NCBI GenBank assembly: GCA_040954595.2
Contig: CM082596.2
Coordinates: forward strand, 1,090,736 to 1,154,735
Reading direction: 5' to 3'
From: Balanoglossus misakiensis
Taxonomy: Eukaryota > Animalia > Hemichordata
Length of the DNA stretch: 64,000 bases
Below, one piece after another: positions 1-12,700 of the stretch; within the stretch, counting starts at the first letter, position 1, and each line of letters starts with the position of its first letter. The notes under the pieces are model-generated. The model searched no databases. It saw only the letters and a list, made by a program, of their open reading frames with translations, and had not been told where the DNA came from. A program made the translations under genes and the position numbers.

Positions 1-3000
1 ACTGATACTGATCGGTGATTTAGTGGCTGGTGATTTCACCATCAGTGGAGATTTGGCCACTACTCCTAGTGGGGACTGCGCCATCACGCTGCGCGGTGAC
101 TTGATTTCAGTTTCTGTCTGGGTGTCGCTGCTCTTGGATTCCAGCTTTGTCTGTGGTGCTCCGTCATCGATGACAAGACCGTCTTCATCGCTTTCATTGC
201 CGGGACTTGGTTGTGCTTTCTTGAGGGAATCTGTGGCTGAACTCAGAGGTGGTGGCAATTTGAAACTGCTGTTTTTCTCTGTGTCGGTGCTAGCATCTAC
301 AGTCAGAGTACTTGACTCTCCATGCATCTGAGGTTTTGACGATGATTCTGTTTCTATCAAGTAGGGCAAGTCTTCATCATCATCACTTTCTCCGCTGAAC
401 AAATCATCCTTCTGCTGGTGGTCCATTCTGAATGCTGATCTTTCTCGATTTTCAGCAGTGCCTGGTTTCGACAGTGTGTATTTTCTGTCATCCCGATCAG
501 AAAGACTGTTCCCATTTTTCGTTGGTTTATTATTCTCCTTCTTTCGATCCCCTGCTTGATGGCTTGTCTTCTCGTCCTGTGCTTCCAGTGGTATAACCGG
601 AACAAACTGGTCAGTCACCATGGCAACATCTGGGCTTGCTGGTGTGGCAATCTTGCTTGTGAGATCGTCATGCTTTTTGACTTCCTCAGGGCTTTCTGGA
701 CTCTCCCTTTCCTCCACAACTGGTTCAGAGCTCACCTTGCTCTCGGATTTACTCTTTGTTACAGAGCTTCCTGATGAGGAGACGGACAGAACTGTAGTGG
801 GTGGGGTCATAGCCAGTGTTGTCACGGCAACAGTTCTTACCACAAGGATGGGCTTCACTTGTATAGAAGGTGGTTTTGAACTTGTACTGCCGATGTTCTG
901 TGCTGTCACAATTTTCTGTGTTGGCTGTTTGCTGGCAGTATGTTTGGAATCACCTTTCTTTTCTGAAGGTTCCGGCGATTTCTTGTCTCGTTTGACGGTT
1001 CTCTCGGGCCCTCCTTCTTCTTTCTCACCACCTGCATCCAACCAGCTGGGCGTACCAATACTGCTCTTCACATTAACACTGCTGGCAGACTCCTTCAGTT
1101 TATCAATAACAGCTGACAGCGACCCCTTTCTTGATCTGATCGGAGATTTGGATTTGTTACCAAACAATGGCGAAGTCACCGTTTGGGTCTTTGTTGGTGA
1201 GATGACCGGAGTAGTTGGTGTTGTAGCTGTCGTCCCTGATGAAGTCGTTGTTGCAGCACCGGTTGATGTCGCAGTACTAGCCATAGAAGCAGCAGTTGTA
1301 GTGGCAGTTGTAGGCGTGGCAGACGATGGCCCCATAGAGCTGGCAGTGCTCAACAGAACTGGTTCCGGAGTTTGAGGAACTAATTTCAAAGGCGGTGGTT
1401 GAGGTCTTTTCAGTGGCTTGATTGTGACTGTTTTTGTGGAGCTTTTACTGTTAGATGAAGCATCAGTGCCGCGCTGACTTGGTGATGATTTGCCTTGACT
1501 TGAAGAACTGGACTTTATTGCTGGTTTGCTGTGACTGGGTTTGCCTGAAGGTGGTGCAACCGGTTTGACAATCATTGGCTTTTTAATCCTGGTTCCATCC
1601 TCGGATGTAATGAACACAGTTCTGATTGTTGTCTTCAGTGGTGCTGTCTGTTTTGCTGTCAGAGTGACTGTGGTGGTGGGTGTTCCCAGCTTGGGAAGAG
1701 TAACAGTGACTGGTGGTAGGCCACCAAGAGGTGGGGACTTTGATCTACTGCCATCTCCTTTGCGTCGTTTGCTACTGCGTTCTCGTTTTGAATCCTGTTT
1801 GCGCTTACTTGAACTTTCACCATCATGTTCACCTTTACGTGATTCTCTTTTCTTTCCTTTCTTCTTTCCACTCTCATACTCTGAAGATCTCTTGATTTTT
1901 ATCTCCAGCGGAGGATCAGGATGTTTCAGAACGACCGGTTTTGCCGCGCTCACTTCCTTTTCTCTACTTTCATGTGGTGACTTGATTCGAGGTGGCATGC
2001 TTAGATCCAAGACTTCATCACTTAGGGCCATTATGGCTGGAATCAGACCTTCGGTACTCAGCGATGGACGCCGCTCTTTGTCATCTGTCTTCTCAGTATC
2101 TGTCTTCACAGAGCTCAAAGTAGTCTTGGAAGGGCTGCTGCTCACTGCTGCAGTTGTACTTGCAGGTGTTGCACTGCTGCTGCTGCTGGATGCAGTGCTC
2201 ACAGGATGAGGTTTACTGCTGGCTGTTGGCACTGCCCCGAACGTGAAAACATCACTTGCAGCATCAACATCACCGCTGCTGCCCTCGCTCTTCTGATCAG
2301 CAAACTGGGTGCCGAAGTTGGCATCTGGATTGAGAGCATCCGTGTTGAATTCCAGTGGCTCTGTGAAATCATGATCCATGGCTTCAGAAGTGTTCGCTGC
2401 TTGACCGTCTGTGATCAAATCAGCAGCTGTGAAAATATCACCCTCATGGTGACCGGGACTATCTGGGTGGGGAAAGTGATCATGATGTCCGCCTGCTTCT
2501 GATGAAGCAGAGGCAGGATAGGGATCTCCATGGCTGGACATAACATGCTCTGGTGTGTTCATTGCACTCAGTTTTGGAGGCCCTGCATCCGTGGGAGTGC
2601 TGACTCTCTTTGGTGAATGCCCGGGACGACCACTGCCGCTGCTGTCCGCACGTTTCGAGGTCCGCTTGTTGAATTTCGCGTTCTGTTCCATGATGTCAGA
2701 CAGCATGGCAGAGACCTCGGCCGACTCAATGCTCTTGGAGTGGTCAGATTTGGCTTCTCGGAATGGCGAACTTGACTGTGTGGTCAGACTTTGCATTTTG
2801 ACTGTGTCAGACACAGCTGGGGCTGGTGCTTCTGCATGATGGATGCCCATTTCATACGACATACTATCCAGCTCCATGGCTGATAATTCTTTGGTGAACT
2901 CCTCCTCGCTCTGTTGTCGTTTGGGCGATCGGTCGGTGGTTGATTTGCGCTTTCTCTTCCTGGTGGGTTTGATCTGCTGTGGTTGAGTCACATTGGATGG

Positions 3001-6000
3001 TAGTGGTGTTCCTTGATCTTGGAGTAAGTTCATCAACATAGGGTTTCTTCCTTTGCCTTCTCCAACCACTCCAACGAGTTCACCTTGATTTGCACCGGTG
3101 GTTTGAAGTAAGGTGGCCAGCATTGGATTTTGGGAGATCTTGGAATCGTCAGAGAGCAGTCCCATCACTCCTACAGGTCCCAGTAAACCTTCCTGGTCGA
3201 CTGTGACATTAGTATTGGCGATGCTTCTTCCAAAAGGACTGCTTCCAAGAGCGCCGCTCGGAAGCTCATTCAAGACTCCTTTGTAACGCTGTACACTTAT
3301 GGATTTATCCATTGGCAATCCACTGGAACTGCTGACAGCCACTCTTCCCTGGGAACCACTAGTTGATGAGTGTTCATTCTTCCCACCAATTCCCAAGCTC
3401 ATTCCGGTGTTCAGTCTTCCAGCATTTGGGATGAATCCTGATATATCTCCTCCACCGGAATACTGGTAGGAGGAATATCCGGATGTCCCTACTCGCTGCA
3501 GACCATCCATCTGTTTTTGTTGGTCTGCCACTTTCTTGAGAATGGATCGCATTGTGACGGGGATTGACATGCATCTGTGGATTGGTCAGATAACAGAAAT
3601 CAAGTCAACGTTGTGTTATTAGAGGGCACCACACTACATTCATACTTCATAGACCACGCCATTTTCTCATATGATAAATATAATGGTGTACTTACTTTTG
3701 TAACACTTTAGTGGCATACTCATCAGAGCACAGTGGCTGCTCACCAGGTGGTGTGTGTAATTTGCATTTTACATTCACAATATCGGATAGGTCAAATTCA
3801 ACTGCAGAAAAAGAACAAAGTCAAATCTAAATATGTAAAGTTAAAAGGCTGATGAAATATCAAGATAGTGTGCACATCATAGATCAGAAGTTGTGTTACC
3901 CTAGTGTTTCATCCATATAGTGGTACTCCCCAGATCATAGCAAAGAGAGATTAACATTTAAGTGCTTACCACAAGCCATGCCTTCATGGACTGGGTGTTC
4001 AAATGACACAGAGATCCTCTGTGGGGTTACAGGTGTCACATCAAATAATATGGAGTTTTCATTGACTGAAAAGGAAACAGATCATAAACATCAATTCAAG
4101 GAAGTGTAGTTACTGAGCTGTGTTAGTCTTAACAGCAAGTGTGTATTCTGAATGAACATCATATACTGGTAGACATCATGTACAAACTTGAGTGATGAAC
4201 ACAAATATCTCACCTTGTTTGCCGCTGTTTCTCACACAGCTAGAGATGAGTGTATTGTACACAGCCTGCTGTCTGACATGCATCAGTATCTGAGGTATAT
4301 GAGCCGGATGTACGAAGGCTATTTTGGATACAATAACACCTTTCACTTCAGGTCCACAACTGCATTCGTTGATGAAGTAGCAATGGTGCTGATCTGGCAG
4401 GGTCTGAGATGAGGAAAAGAATGGTGGTTAGACTTGTGCACCTGGGTTGGGTACACCTGGGTTGATTGAATTGGTGTATGTCAGACTCGCATCTATTTCC
4501 CACATATGTAGTTAGTTGGTCTGTCATAGATAATTTATTGCATACTGTGTTTTGTGGCTTTTGGCTTTGTCATGAGAGCTTAGCAACTGGTATTAACTTA
4601 CCACATAGAATGTATTGTAGTTGGTTGCTTTGTCATGAGGGCTGGGTGACTGGTTATTTGAACTATAATGTTTGCAGATCAGACTGTTCAGTGGAATTGC
4701 TTGATTGACATCCACAAAATGCATACCTATGGATGAATAAAAAGACATTCATAACTGCACTAAACCATCTCTTAATTTTAGAATACCCAACATCTTATTG
4801 TATTGTACTGAATGAGTACTTGTACATACCAGTGTGTAACTGTATCTGTCTAATACTGCTTGTTGACAATGGCATAGGTTTGTTGAGTTTGACCACAAAG
4901 GATGCTGGGAGTGTTGTACTGTTCGGGTTTCCGAGTGGAATGAAAGCCGGTTGTCTGAAAAGGTATGGAAGGTTTTTGTCAATGTCTTGAAAGATTGATC
5001 AACTTGCCCAATAGAAATGATCCATGTATTCCCAATTCATGGAGGACATGAAATCAACTTACCCAATTGGTCTCTTCCCATCAGGTGACATGGGTATGCT
5101 GAGCAATGGAGTTGTTTGTAGTTTATGCAGTGGTGCACTCTCTATGGTTATGCACACTGAAAAACCTAGAGACCGTGGTACTGGCTCTGTAATACAAATT
5201 ATTGTATCTATGTTATTCTTGTGACATTGGTGGCTATAGAATTTACTCTACATGTACATGACGAGAATCTGCTAGGTACTCATGATAGGCGTGAGACAAG
5301 CTGCAATCTCCTTTCAAATTCTTCTTTCCTTATGATCACACCCATCTTACCTTTCATACTGAGTGTTGTAGTGGTGCCAGTTTCCACATTCAGCAAATCA
5401 TATGGAGACACGTAATAAGTTAATTGCGCTGGACGACCTGTAAAAGAGAACATAACAGCTTTATAAACCACTTTCAATATTCTACCAACTTTTTATCTGT
5501 GTCAATCAGCTGAACACTGTTCCCCTTTGGCATAAAACTCAGAATTATAGCAAAGATCATTTGATCTAAACTTACCACCTGATCTTGGTGTAAGATAGCC
5601 AACTGGTCCTTTCAAAATGATCATCAACGGATTATTGGCAAATGAGCTGTAAAATGAAATGACAAATCAATTAATCATTCTCTTATGACTATTCTTACAA
5701 TATTATGATTTGTTATTATCTAAACAATGTCATGTCAATTGTACTGAGAGAAAAGTATGTGAATGATGTAAAAAATCCTCAACTTACCCCTGCATTTGAA
5801 AGAGAGTTGTGACATCACTTTCCAATGCCTGCAGAGACATGAAGGCTCTTGTCTTCTGAGAACTGCAAATGTCAACATCAATGATCAATATGTGAGACAA
5901 GCAAGTGATCAAAGAACCTCTAGTTTGATTTGAATTATTTATTTCTTTACATGTTGAAACTTAAACACATCATTTGAGACTGCTACTAGAGAAGAAATCT

Positions 6001-7703
6001 GACTTACTTATCCCCTGCAAACAGATAAAGTTGGTTGAGTTCTCGGAGATGTTCAGCAAACTCTTTGAAATCATTCTTTTTCAGTGCAATTTTCAATTCA
6101 AGACAACTCTGTATGAAAAAGAATAAGTGACATAAAAGTAGAGTTATTAAGACACTTTGTTTTGTGTACCTACAGATGTCTTGCCAGTCAAGCCAATATA
6201 AGTTGACGACCATTTTTAATACATGTACAAAGCGCGGTATTCATGAACAGGTTGTAGTATACAATATATACCTTAGAGCTACTGTTTTGATGTGTGCATC
6301 TCTGACACTTCTACTGAATACAAACCTGAGGGTCACTGTTATGATGTGCAACTTTTACATCTTTAACATTCCCGCTGTTGTCCATCATGACTTCGACATA
6401 AAACATGTCAGAACTGATGAACACATCTGTGCCTGTCCCTGCAGGTCCTGGACTGTACTTCAAACTGTAAAGAAACACAACGTTTAGACCATATGAAAGT
6501 TAACATTATTAACATTACTAACCCCTGAAGACAAATATATCTATACTCTATTTATGACGTTTTGTAGAAATGCCAACTGACACTTACCCACACTGCCTTG
6601 CCAAAGCTTCTAATCTCTCTCCCATTGAAATCAGCGATGACCCTGAAAATGAAATTCAGAAATAAATAAAAACACAGTCCATACTAAAAGAAGGGCTACA
6701 TCAAAGTAAAGAAAACTTCAAACTTCAAAGCTTATTCTCTGAATACAAACCTTTGATCGCCCTCTTCAGTCCATCCAAACATTTTTGTAGTCTACTGGGA
6801 TCTACCGCATCTGGTTCTTTGAATTTAGCCTGTAAATAGATCAACATAAGCTAAGCAGACCATAGCCAATATGAGTAAACTACAGCCAGTCAGTTTTCCA
6901 GACAGTAAAAGACCTATTTAATCTTAGACACCTGGACTTTTCTCATAACAAGCCCGTTTATGATAAGTCACAGTGTGAAGTTTTGTGATATCACTTACCA
7001 CAGCCTGTCTGAGTTTTTTGCTAGTTTCTGACCAGGTCTTTACTTGATCACTTGCAGTTTTTAATCTCTGCATCAACACTGTCAGGATAGCCTCTTTTCC
7101 TACTGATGGAGAATCTTTAGAAAGATGGAAGGGTGCAGGGTGCCCGTTTAATATATAATTTTGATAATCGAGACTTGTAAAGACAATCAATTATTGCCAA
7201 TAACGGTAACTGTGAAAAATACTGTAATGTACATGTTGTAGACTTCATTACACGTACGTGTACACCAGAAAGAAATCAACATCTGAAACCAGCATCTATC
7301 CAGCCTAGTTACAACGAAGGAGCCGCCTGTAATGCCTTTCAACCTCCGGTACCGCGCTAAACCCCGAACTACCGAACGTAGCCTGATGCCTAGCTGGGGA
7401 TCTGAACCCACGATCTAGGCACTAGACTACCAGAGTACAGCACCACAAGAATTTATATACACAGCCATAGCATGCATATGAGTTGTGTCTGTCGGCCTCT
7501 TTATGTTTACATCCGTCTCGCGCTGGATAATTCTCCCCGATTGCGTTTTATCGTACCCATATCAAACACACAGCTTTCTAAGAGTAAGAAATGAACTAAT
7601 CACATGTATCGATCTCACATATGTCCAAGAAATTACCTGCATTCGGGAGATTCGGGCCGTTCATTGTTGTAGCCACACGCATCGCCCCATCGGACGACGC
7701 CAT
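1..7703 (-). CDS. MED1: Mediator complex subunit 1 (multi-exon; terminal exon open to the window edge, so C-terminus is not in view)
   Basis: Exons 7637-7703 (ATG in AAGATGGCG), 6999-7102, 6751-6829, 6588-6642, 6326-6464, ~6008-6108, further small exons ~3695-5862, then a long exon from 3574 to the edge. Translations match the Med1 domain: WSETSKKLRQ, RLEALARQCG, SSDMFYVEV, KKNDFKEFAEHLREL, YYVSPYDLL, RCMSIPVTMRSI. Two NR boxes follow (SQNPMLATLL, NPMLMNLL), then a Ser/Lys/Thr-rich tail. Confidence 0.96.
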
Positions 7704-7746
7704 CTTGATTCCCCCTTATTTGCATATGCGTAGAGCTGATTTGCAT
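7698..7746 (-). promoter_or_regulatory. MED1 proximal region: YY1-like motif over the start codon and two octamer motifs
   Basis: AAGATGGCG on minus strand spanning the ATG; ATTTGCAT at 7718-7725 and 7739-7746; locally CpG-richer sequence. Confidence 0.5.
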
Positions 7747-8064
7747 ATGTAGCACATAATGTGAGTTTCATAATTCAGGGGGCCACAGTCCTAGACTTGC
7801 TCCAAGTCTATGCGCTTCATTATTTCATAATATTAAATACATTTAAAAACTTGTTCCGAATTTCTCTATGTACCGTGTGTGGAGTAAAAGTCACCGAGTG
7901 TGAGCGCGCATGTATGTCAAGGGAACGCGGGCGTTTCTGGGACCGCTTTTCTGACCCTTTTTTCGATGTTTTTTTTTTCTCGATAAAAATTACCAAAAGC
8001 TATTTATGTTTACTCCAATATATAAGGTGATAGGCAAAACACATGTCATTACTTAAAAAGTATT

Positions 8065-8070
8065 CTTTAT
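8065..8070 (-). terminator. Probable poly(A) signal of the MPP7-like gene
   Basis: AATAAA on minus strand at the end of a ~1.7 kb AT-rich tract after the stop codon, just before the MED1 promoter region. Confidence 0.4.
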
Positions 8071-9754
8071 TACTTTGTTTTGTAAAATAAAATCATAAAA
8101 AATGCAAGAATACAAAACTTGTTGGCAATAAAATAATAAAGAAAAGGAAATATACCATGATACAATGCAACTGTGATAAATTAAACTACAGTAGCAAAAG
8201 CATGTAAGATTAAATAACTTACTATATTTACGTCTAAGTTGGTGTAACATGCATCTCTATGTGAGAATGGCTAAAATGTTACTTACATGTATTTAAATTG
8301 CATGAGATAAAAACTTAAATGTGTGTTTTTCATAAATTTCAAATACACTTTGATGTTTCATAGATAGACTATCCCTACAATCTATCTGAAACCTTTTTAC
8401 ATACAGATAGCATTGTTGGCTGGACCACCAATCATGAGTTGGTTCTCAAAATCAAGAACTTTTGCACTAATATGTGGAGTTGAGAAAGCACCAATGAACA
8501 AACAGTGTCACATGTTACATCAAAATGTTAAATGACAGAAGTTGTTTTTTGACAATGCAGAGTCATTTCAAACACTTATTTTTATAGTCATAAGTGCCTT
8601 GCTTGGTGGAAAAGGATGCTTCCTAAACTACATACACTTACAAACGGAAATATCATCTTCCTAGTTCACTAGTCACTATTATTTCTGAATAAAAGCAAAA
8701 CTTATCAAAATGAATAAAATATATTTCAGTAAACTGAAAGAAATCCAACACAATCTTCAACATACAAGTAAAAGTTTTACACATTGCATTGCCAAATTTG
8801 GATGAAATATTTGTCTGTTCTGGATAGATCATCAACAACATTTTCTATAGTAGCTGGTAACTATTGCAGTTTACATCATGGAAAAGTCAATAATTTATCA
8901 TATAAATTAAAAGTTAGCAATCCAACAAACTTTGATAGTTCAACATACTTTTTGTTAATAATACATTTGTTTATGTCCTTAAAAAGTAATAAAATGAGAT
9001 TGGCCATCATTTATATCATCAGTTTAGGTATATGTTAGTTAACATACAAATCATCAAATATGACATCCTATTTCAAGAATATAGTTATCGTTTGGCATCA
9101 AATCCAGTAGCCTAAATCCCTAACCCCAATCAGCTCTGTTGAATTACAGATGAACATGCTTTAGAAAAAACACTAATTCTAAGGTTTTTTGTTTGACATA
9201 TACAACAAATATATATACACATATATAACTGTTTTGTACAGACTTTTGATATGACGATGTTTGCAGATGTTAGCATGTAACTTTAAGATGTTGAACACTG
9301 ACTAGGTTGGGCGAGAAAGAGTGAATTCGCCCTAGTGAGGTAAAAGTTAACAGTACAGCACTATGATGTTTAATACAGACCAGTGGCATGGCTGGCATGG
9401 AAACAACAAAACATTTTCACCAGAAAGACATCACATCTACTCAATGTCAACAAGATATTGTCTATTTCAGTGTGATTCAAAAGATTGTTCTGTTGTATAA
9501 GTGGTGATACGACTTGTGTCATGTGCTCTTTTTTTGATAGCCATGTAGGAAATGACGTTCTGATAGAGAAACAGAACGAAAATGGAATGATAGATCTGTG
9601 AAATCAGGACATGTGAATGTTTTTCAGCTCCTATCTAACCCAGACTATGAGTGAGTTCCATATACTTGTCCACTATCACTAACTGACCCTAAACTGGCCA
9701 AATTTTGACCCAGACAGTGACATGTAATTAACTGACCAAGAGTGACCATTGTCA

Positions 9755-12700
9755 CTATCTAACCCACACCAAGGGAACCCATTGGGATTCATTCTCTATC
9801 TTGTAGGCTACCACCCGTAATTCACTATATGCAACTTGTAAATCATCGTTGACCAAAACATAGTCGAAGTAATGACTGTACACTGATTCTATGCGTTGAC
9901 TTGTCAAGAGCATTTCTTGTAATTCTTCATCCTGCAAAAATGAGATCAGAGATGGTTTAAAACACACAGAAACTTTTTAGCTTCAAAAGATTTAAATAAC
10001 TTCCGTTTTCTATAACTAAATTGACCCAACCTAAAGTGTTCATCACCAAAACACAATATATAATGTGTTTGGAAAATTATACTCACAGTAAATGTTCTTG
10101 TCAATGTTTCATCTAATGTTGACTTCGCATTACTTATAAGTCTTGTCACACGTAGCCTTTCTAATGACGGTGGTTTGACATATACAACATAGGGTTTGAC
10201 ATCTGACGTCTTCAACATCTTTAGGGCCTGGAATAAAGTTTACAAACATCACGAATCAAGTATTTTTCAGGGTTTATGTTTTGGATATCAACAGCTATCA
10301 GGAGTAGAGCCTGCAGAAAATAAGTGTTGTTTCTAGGAAATCTTACCTGTGGATGAACATTGAGTATACAGACTTTAGCAGAATTGATGACATCATAAAT
10401 GGAATCCAATGAAGTCCCATACAAGTTGCCCTTGTACTCTCCGTGTTCGATGTATTTATTGAGTTGGATATCAGCGTCCATTTGTTGTCGTGATAAAAAA
10501 TGATACTCTTTACTTTCGACTTCTGTGGGTTTCTTGGGCCTGGATGTGTCTGTCAAAAGAAAGCAATCATTGAAATATACAACTGAGACCAAACGTAGAC
10601 ACATACAGATACACACTGGATCCATTCCAATGTTTGTTCAACTTAAGCTACTCCTGCTATACTGAACAACATGGACCCACATGTAGTATCAATGGCTTTA
10701 CTCTTATGACTTGACTCAGATCAACTTACGAGGTATTGTTGTCTTGAAATGAATTGGATCACTTGCAATTAATCTTCGCTTGAGTTCATTTCTACCAATG
10801 CCTGGTGCACCTGAAATGAACAATGGAAAGTGTGTTTATAGATGTGTAACCCACATTCAGCCACAGGAAAGATTGTTGGCTACTGTATTACACACATGTT
10901 GTCACTTAAAATGTATTGACTCACCTATAAGAACTATGGGTCTATATCTACTTGGTGGTGGTAAATACCTAGTCACTTCTTCATAGACCAAGATTTCTTC
11001 ACCATCATACTCTGAAATAAGAAAATGAACATGCCTGTTTCAGAAGTCTCTTCCGTGAAGACTGAGTACTTTGTATTGTGGCAAAGATATCTCACAAACT
11101 CAAACTGAAGCATGTATAATTTCTGTTGTACTTACCATCATTTTCTTTGGTGTGATACATTATTTTTCTAGTTTTACGTTTACTACTTCTAAGAGTACTT
11201 CCTCTACCAGATCCTCTGAGGTTTGGTGACCCTAAAACAAACAAAAATCAAACAAGACAAATTTATAAAAGTCATCTATGATGTACTACAAATGTTTCTG
11301 TTGGGTTATGGATAATAGTCAGAAAGTTTAATTTGAAGAAGGAATATTACCTGTCTCCCTCAGTAATGGACTTGCCGGTGTTGATCTCTTCAATGCTTCC
11401 CTCCTTTCCTGCAACTGTTTTCCGGGAATGAGACCAGCTCTTTGATTTCTATCCCCTTCTATCCTGGCCTGCCACCAGCTGGGATCTTCTTGATTCACGA
11501 TGTGTAGAACGTCACCCTTTTCGAACGGCAGACCAGCTTCTTTGCATGGGATGAGACGATCCTCTCTTGGATTGTAGTCGAAGTGCGCTCTCACTCGAAC
11601 CTGGTGGAAAGGATGGCTGGTGTGATGAGTATTTGGACTTCACATATCCCTCACTGTAATTTGCTCCAATCTCATATAAATGATGGGGTTAAAACACATG
11701 CTAGGAAGTGATTTATAATTGGCATACTGAAAAAAACTAGGTATATTTTCCCTGTAAACATCAGTTTAATTTAACCCTTTTGACTTCCTAACATCCTTTA
11801 CCTGACTTTCTCTGCATGGTCTATTTTCCATCTCCGCTGGTACCAGTTTGAATGTTATCGTGCCGTTGATACCAGACTGTAAAAAAGAATAGAGTGGAGC
11901 TCAGATAAAAAACAGGTTCAGAGTTCAACGGTTAACCAACATTATTCACTTAACCACAATATCCAAACCTTCAGAGTCACATTTGACTTGCGAAGTTCAA
12001 CTCTGACATGCCAATGCTAGTGTGAAATTGGACTTACCAGAATCCCAACGACATCATCTGGTTCTTTGCCTCTGACTGGGATACCATTCACTTCATGGAC
12101 TTCATCACCCACATGAATGACTCCACTTCTATCAGCTGCACCACCATGCATTATACGGGCTATCACTATCATACCGGTCTCTTCATCACATTTGATGGTG
12201 GCTCCCTGGCATGGAAAGAATAGAGGGAATGTTACAGTGAGGATAAAGAAAAGTTTGACAACATTTCTCAAGTCCTGGTACCCTTTTCTTGTACGTGAAC
12301 AGTTTCTTCTGTTTTTTCGTGTCCGGTTTTACTACACATTGTGTTATACGTTCACTTCCAACCAGCAGACCCTAGAGTAGGACATTGCTACCAACTTACC
12401 AGTGGTTCATTGCTTTTGACAAGTCTGACAATCTTCACAGACGGTTCTCCTTCATCTAAATCTGTCAAGTCGGGGAGCTTTGGCAGGAAGTCTTTGTTTG
12501 CGATGGTGTCATGAGCTTCTAGAAGGGTCTGGAAAAATACATGGATAGGAAACATCATTATTATAATCAATGAAGCTTCATGATTTAAAACACACAACCC
12601 AAACATCATGGCAGTTTGACACAAAAGTGTTGGTACATAGGCATCTTCTCTATCTTGGGCATCTTCTCTATCTTGTCTTCAAGTCTACAAGTACAAGTAG

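Noticed and set aside
23-2839. Long hydrophobic plus-strand ORFs (e.g. 620-1375, 1541-2209)
   Set aside because: Antisense shadows of the Ser/Thr/Lys-rich MED1 terminal exon, which the ORF track misses because it runs off the window.
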